Source of the DNA: the human T2T-CHM13v2.0 reference genome, Homo sapiens
Assembly: GCF_009914755.1 (NCBI RefSeq)
Contig: NC_060946.1
Strand: one strand, 5' to 3'
Length of the DNA: 64,000 nt
Below are positions 58,873 to 64,000 of the stretch, piece by piece. Within the stretch, counting starts at the first letter, position 1, and each line of letters begins with the position of its first letter. Both the position numbers and the translations under genes were made by a program. The notes below the pieces were generated by a model that worked only from the letters and a program-made list of their open reading frames with translations, had not been told where the DNA came from and made no database searches.

Positions 58873-61460
58873 CACGGATTTGATGGTTGCCCCTACAGGG
58901 AATTAGATGGTGACACATTGTAAGAACCAACTCAAACATGCCTTTTCCAGTCCACACCATGGCTACCAGAAAATTATCATCCTCATAACTTAACTCTATG
59001 AAAAACCTCTTTTCCTGAAACATGGGCTTTCAAAAGTCAAGGAAGAAAAAGGGACTTCTCCCTCAGGTTTGACCAGAAGCTGTTTGGCATGGTGGTTAAG
59101 CGTGTGTATGGAGATAGTTGGCAGGGCATGCACCTCTCCACTGCTAGCTAGCTGTGTCACCGTGGGCAAGGTAGCCTGCCTCCATGTCCCTTGGCTTGTT
59201 AGTTATAAAATCTAAATAATAAAAGTATCCCGTATTAAATAAATACATAAATAAAATAGAAGTAAATGTTACTGAATGCTTGCAAAGTGCTTTTAGCACT
59301 TCCTGGCCCAAGCACGTACTCACAAAATGCTAGCTGTGATCACAATCACTTTCCTCAAAACCATCATGCTTCATACCGAACCTGTCAGGACCTGATTCAC
59401 CCTCTTTGCAGCAGACGTTTTCCTGGGTAAAGAGAAGTGACCGCTGACAGGCACATATCCAGGAATTGCTCTTCCACATTCTACGTCCATGCTGTCAGAC
59501 AATATGCCACAGTGCCACTTGATAGAGGATTCTGCTGGTCCTTTAGTTTTCTCCCCGAGCATCACATTTGGCACTAATTTGGGGGTTGCTTTCACTACCT
59601 CCTCAGCAGCCACTTCACCTCCTCTGCTTTCGCTACAGAACGAGCAACTTTGAATGGTGTTGTTTTTGTCTCATTTCAGCCTTTATTAGTGAAATTACTC
59701 AATTTTCATGGGCACGCCTGGTTTTGTGCTTGAAATGCGATTTCCTTGCCAGAGAGATCCCCACACTTTCCTTGAAAAAGAGATGAAGCGTTCCTCCACT
59801 TCAGGAGGCTGTTTGACAAAGCTTCTCAACAGATAATGAAGTGCAAGGTCTAAGGGGTGAGTTCACTGCTATGATGCAATCCATTTTTCAGAAACATGGA
59901 TTTGCTATATTTTAACTCATGCTTGTGTGTTTGGGCCACTTGTGGAAAGTCATCTTTCAGGAGGTTCTCCTCTCAGGACCAACACAGACACCTCTCACTT
60001 GATTTACGATTGCGAGCTCATTCTGCATTCTCGCCATCATTCCACTGTCTTAATCACACCGTTGTGCGCTAATGGATCAATTCTGAGCTGCTGAAGCGTT
60101 TCTGCAAATTAGGAGCACAACACACTGAATTGTAACTATGATAAATGTAAATTAACTCAAGGAAATAATTAGAGGAACATGATGTGAAAGTATAGCACAG
60201 AGACAAACCACCACCTGGTAGCCCCGTGCTCCCTGCGGCACCCTGGGCAGCGGCAACCCCTGTAGTCTAGGTGTCCTTTGCATCTTCCATGGAGGGACAG
60301 GCCCCAGGGTCTCCAATCACACATGCACATAGTTGAATGAACAAAGAAGAATGCCATGTGGCATCTGGCAGTCATAGCCACCTGGCAGTACTACGTCTGC
60401 AAGTGCAGTGTCCAAGTCACATCTTTGGTAGCTGTCATCCCTTCTAAGGACCTTTTGGTTAAATCCCAAGGGTCCAGGGACCTGGCTGATTGAGCAGGTG
60501 ACCACAGGAAGGCAGGATATGGGGGATCATGGGGCCAGGAGGGCAGCCCAAGGAGCAGAGGCTCTCAGAACCAATGTCTCATCATCACAGACCTCAGACA
60601 GCGGCAGGAGCCCCGAGGCTGCCTGTTGGAGAGTGTTTCTAGTGCAAACACCAGTTGCCAGGCACTTCACAGCCTCTCACGTGATGCTCTCAGTAGCCCT
60701 CCGTAGCTGCTCCCCTAGTTAGCCCGACTTTACCGATGAGGAGATGGAGACACCGAGAGCTGAAGGGACTCACTCAGAGGCATGAGCTCACAAGTGGCAG
60801 AGCCGCGACCCGAAGACCAGCCCCCACATCCGAGCTCATCACCAGCTCCCTAATCTCCACCACAGACAGCGATTTAATTTCCAGGGGCAGCAACCTCCTG
60901 GCTCTTGTTTCAGAAGAGCTGAACAGAGCCCGCTCTTCTTTACCTCGGGAATTCAGATAGCAGAACCCATGGCCCGGTGGAGCTCTTTCTACATCTTATT
61001 GGCGAAACCACGTCATCTGCACATAAAAGATGCTCCTCTTTGATTCTCAGAGCAGGCAAGCAAGGCAAGGACAAAATGAGGCAGGAAGAAAGAGCGCACC
61101 AGGAGCCTGGAATAGAGCAGGGCTTTGGAACATGGGGGACCACTTGTGACAAGAACCCTCATAAAACCCTCATAAAATGTTCATCTCAATTGTTGTTTTA
61201 AGCGTCTTTATTCATGGGGTACACACAGCCATGATTTTACAAAAATGTGCAAATGTGATACCATCATTGATTGTAACAGGATATGCAATAGTGCAAAAAT
61301 GGAAACGACCTAAGTTCCCAAGTAAAAGGCTGTAGCAGGAAAGTGCAGACTATTGAAAATTAGTGGAAAGGCACAGGATGAGGTGACATTCATTCATTCA
61401 CTCATTCACTTATATATTCAACATATATTCAATATATGTTGGTTCAACAGGAGTATATAA

Positions 61461-62123
<663 letters not shown>

Positions 62124-62826
62124 TGACTTACATTCTAATAGGGATAATAAACACATAAGTAAACAAGATAAGTTAATAAAACAAGTGTTCTGAAGACAAT
62201 AGAAGATGGAATGTACTGGAAAGATGGAACATGCTGAAGGCTGAGATGGAATGGGTTAAGGAAGCCTTCTTGAAGGCGTCGACCTTTGATTTGAGACCTG
62301 GACGAGGAGCAGGTACCAGCCACGTAAGTATGTGGGAGTTCAGTTTTCCAAGCAGCAGCAGAAGCAACTGCCAAGGCTGTAAGAACCAGGGTCCAAATCC
62401 TAACAGCACTTCAACCTGCCTGTGATGCCCAGTAGCCACCTACTGTCATATAATTGCAGGCAAAGAGCCTCACTCCCCTGAGCTGCAGGTTCCTCCTCCT
62501 ACAATGGGGAGGGCAATAACGCCATGCAGCTTGCCAGGAGGACGGCAAGAGCAAGTTAGGTAGAGAGCTTAGCTCAGTCCCTGGTGCAGAAACATTGTGC
62601 CAAATTGTTACCCACATGGCGGAGGGCAGAGAGCGGTTAGAGGCAAACAGCCAGGGTTGGCTTCTTGGAGTGGTAGACTGGGGTGAAATTGCATTTGTTT
62701 TTTTAAGAGTTATTTTAATACAGCTGGCCCATTTCGGGGGCATGAACACAGATCAGGGTGAATTGCTGTTTTCCTTCAACAACTATGACCCCAATGGAAT
62801 CACCGTTCTCGCCAAACCCCCGCAAT

Positions 62827-62829
<3 letters not shown>

Positions 62830-62863
<34 letters not shown>

Positions 62864-62869
62864 ACACAC
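62830..62869 (+). repeat. (CA)n microsatellite
   Basis: ~20 CA units with one interruption. Confidence 0.95.
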
Positions 62870-63015
62870 GTCAGGGGTGGAAGAACACCCTAAATTGGAG
62901 TTGTAGCTCTGCCACTGGCAAATTGCACAGATGTGGACTAGTGATCACTCCTTCTGGCCTTTTTACTTATCTGTAAAATGGGAAGCTGGAACTAGATTGC
63001 CCTTAAATCAAATTC

Positions 63016-63360
63016 TGTCTTCCTCAGTGTGGGTAGGCTGCTGGAACAGAATGCATTAGACGGGGCTGAAACAACAGAATTCTCTCTCTCAGTTCTGGAA
63101 GTCCAAGAGCCTGGAAGTCCAAGATCAAGGTGTTGGAAGATCCTGTGTCCTCACACAGCAGAGGAGAGAGAGAAAGAGAGAGATGACACACACGCTAACT
63201 CCCTGGGTTTCTTTCATAAGGGCACTAGTCCCATCATGAATGCCCCACTCTTGTGACCTAATTACCTCCCAAAAGCCCCATCTCCAAATACCATTGCATT
63301 AGGGATTTAGGTTTCTACATGTGGATTTGGAGGTGACAACAAACATTCGGTCCACAGCAA
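63016..63360 (-). mobile_element. MLT1A-like MaLR solo LTR
   Basis: tctcagttctggaagtcc..gtccaagatcaaggtg...taattacctcccaaaagccccatctccaaatacc...aaacattcggtccacagca. Confidence 0.8.
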
Positions 63361-64000
63361 ATTCCTTAATAATCTGGCCCAACAAGATAATTCCATTTCC
63401 GCCAAGCACACTACTCCCCCTGAGGCCTCCATGCCTCTGCCTCTGATCTTTACTGGCTGGAAACCTTTCCTTCCCTTCACCTGGCAAGCTTTTTATGCCC
63501 ATTTTATTTTATTATTGAGGTATAATTTATATATAGTAAAAGGCCCAGATCTTAAGTACAATTCACTTCCATAAATAAATTCACCTGATTAAGCCAAACC
63601 CCCGTTAAGATACAGAATATTTCCATCACCCCAGAATGTTGCCTCGTGCCCCTGGTCCCAAGGCTGGGGTTGGGGTAAAGCAAACCACCAGAGCACATTT
63701 AAAGCTCTCCTTGGCCCAGCATGTTCCATTGGCCTGAACGGATCATACAGCCAAGGCCTGAGTTAAACAGGAAGGCTCATCTGCTTGCAGCACAATATGG
63801 AGGGTGAGAGGCTACAGGAAGCTAGGATCACACTTAGCTGAGGTCATTCTGACTTCACATGCCATAAAAATCCAAGCTGATAATACAACGTTATGCTGTC
63901 ATGACAACCATCATAATTCTTGTTTTTACCTTCGACTGAGCAAAGGTGAAAAAAAATGCTTGATCGTATTGGCCAGGTGCTGGAGGTCAGTCTCGCATGC

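Overview
Human (primate) genomic DNA, repeat-dense (~40 Alus, old L1/L2/MIR, MaLR/ERV LTRs, DNA-transposon fossils, one SVA stub). It contains one protein-coding gene: RTL6 (LDOC1L/SIRH3/MART6), a domesticated Ty3/gypsy (sushi-ichi-like) gag gene on the minus strand (CDS 31374->30655, 239 aa). From knowledge of RTL6 this places the window on chr22q13.31. The gene has a CpG-island promoter, a non-coding exon 1, a 417-bp 5'UTR intron and a long, Alu-free 3'UTR. The window also holds an MRPS18C processed-pseudogene fragment, a two-LTR MaLR provirus and a BLACKJACK-type hAT transposase fossil. The strongest leads all concern RTL6. (i) A fossil gag-pol junction: decayed zinc knuckle, decayed PEG10-type slippery site, and a 117-codon -1 frame carrying a protease-like LVASAAT motif. 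(ii) A perfect 11-nt U1 snRNA-complementary site plus further splice-like signals inside the 3'UTR. (iii) A poly(A) signal apparently exapted from an antisense L1. Repeat subfamily names and boundaries are by-eye and approximate.
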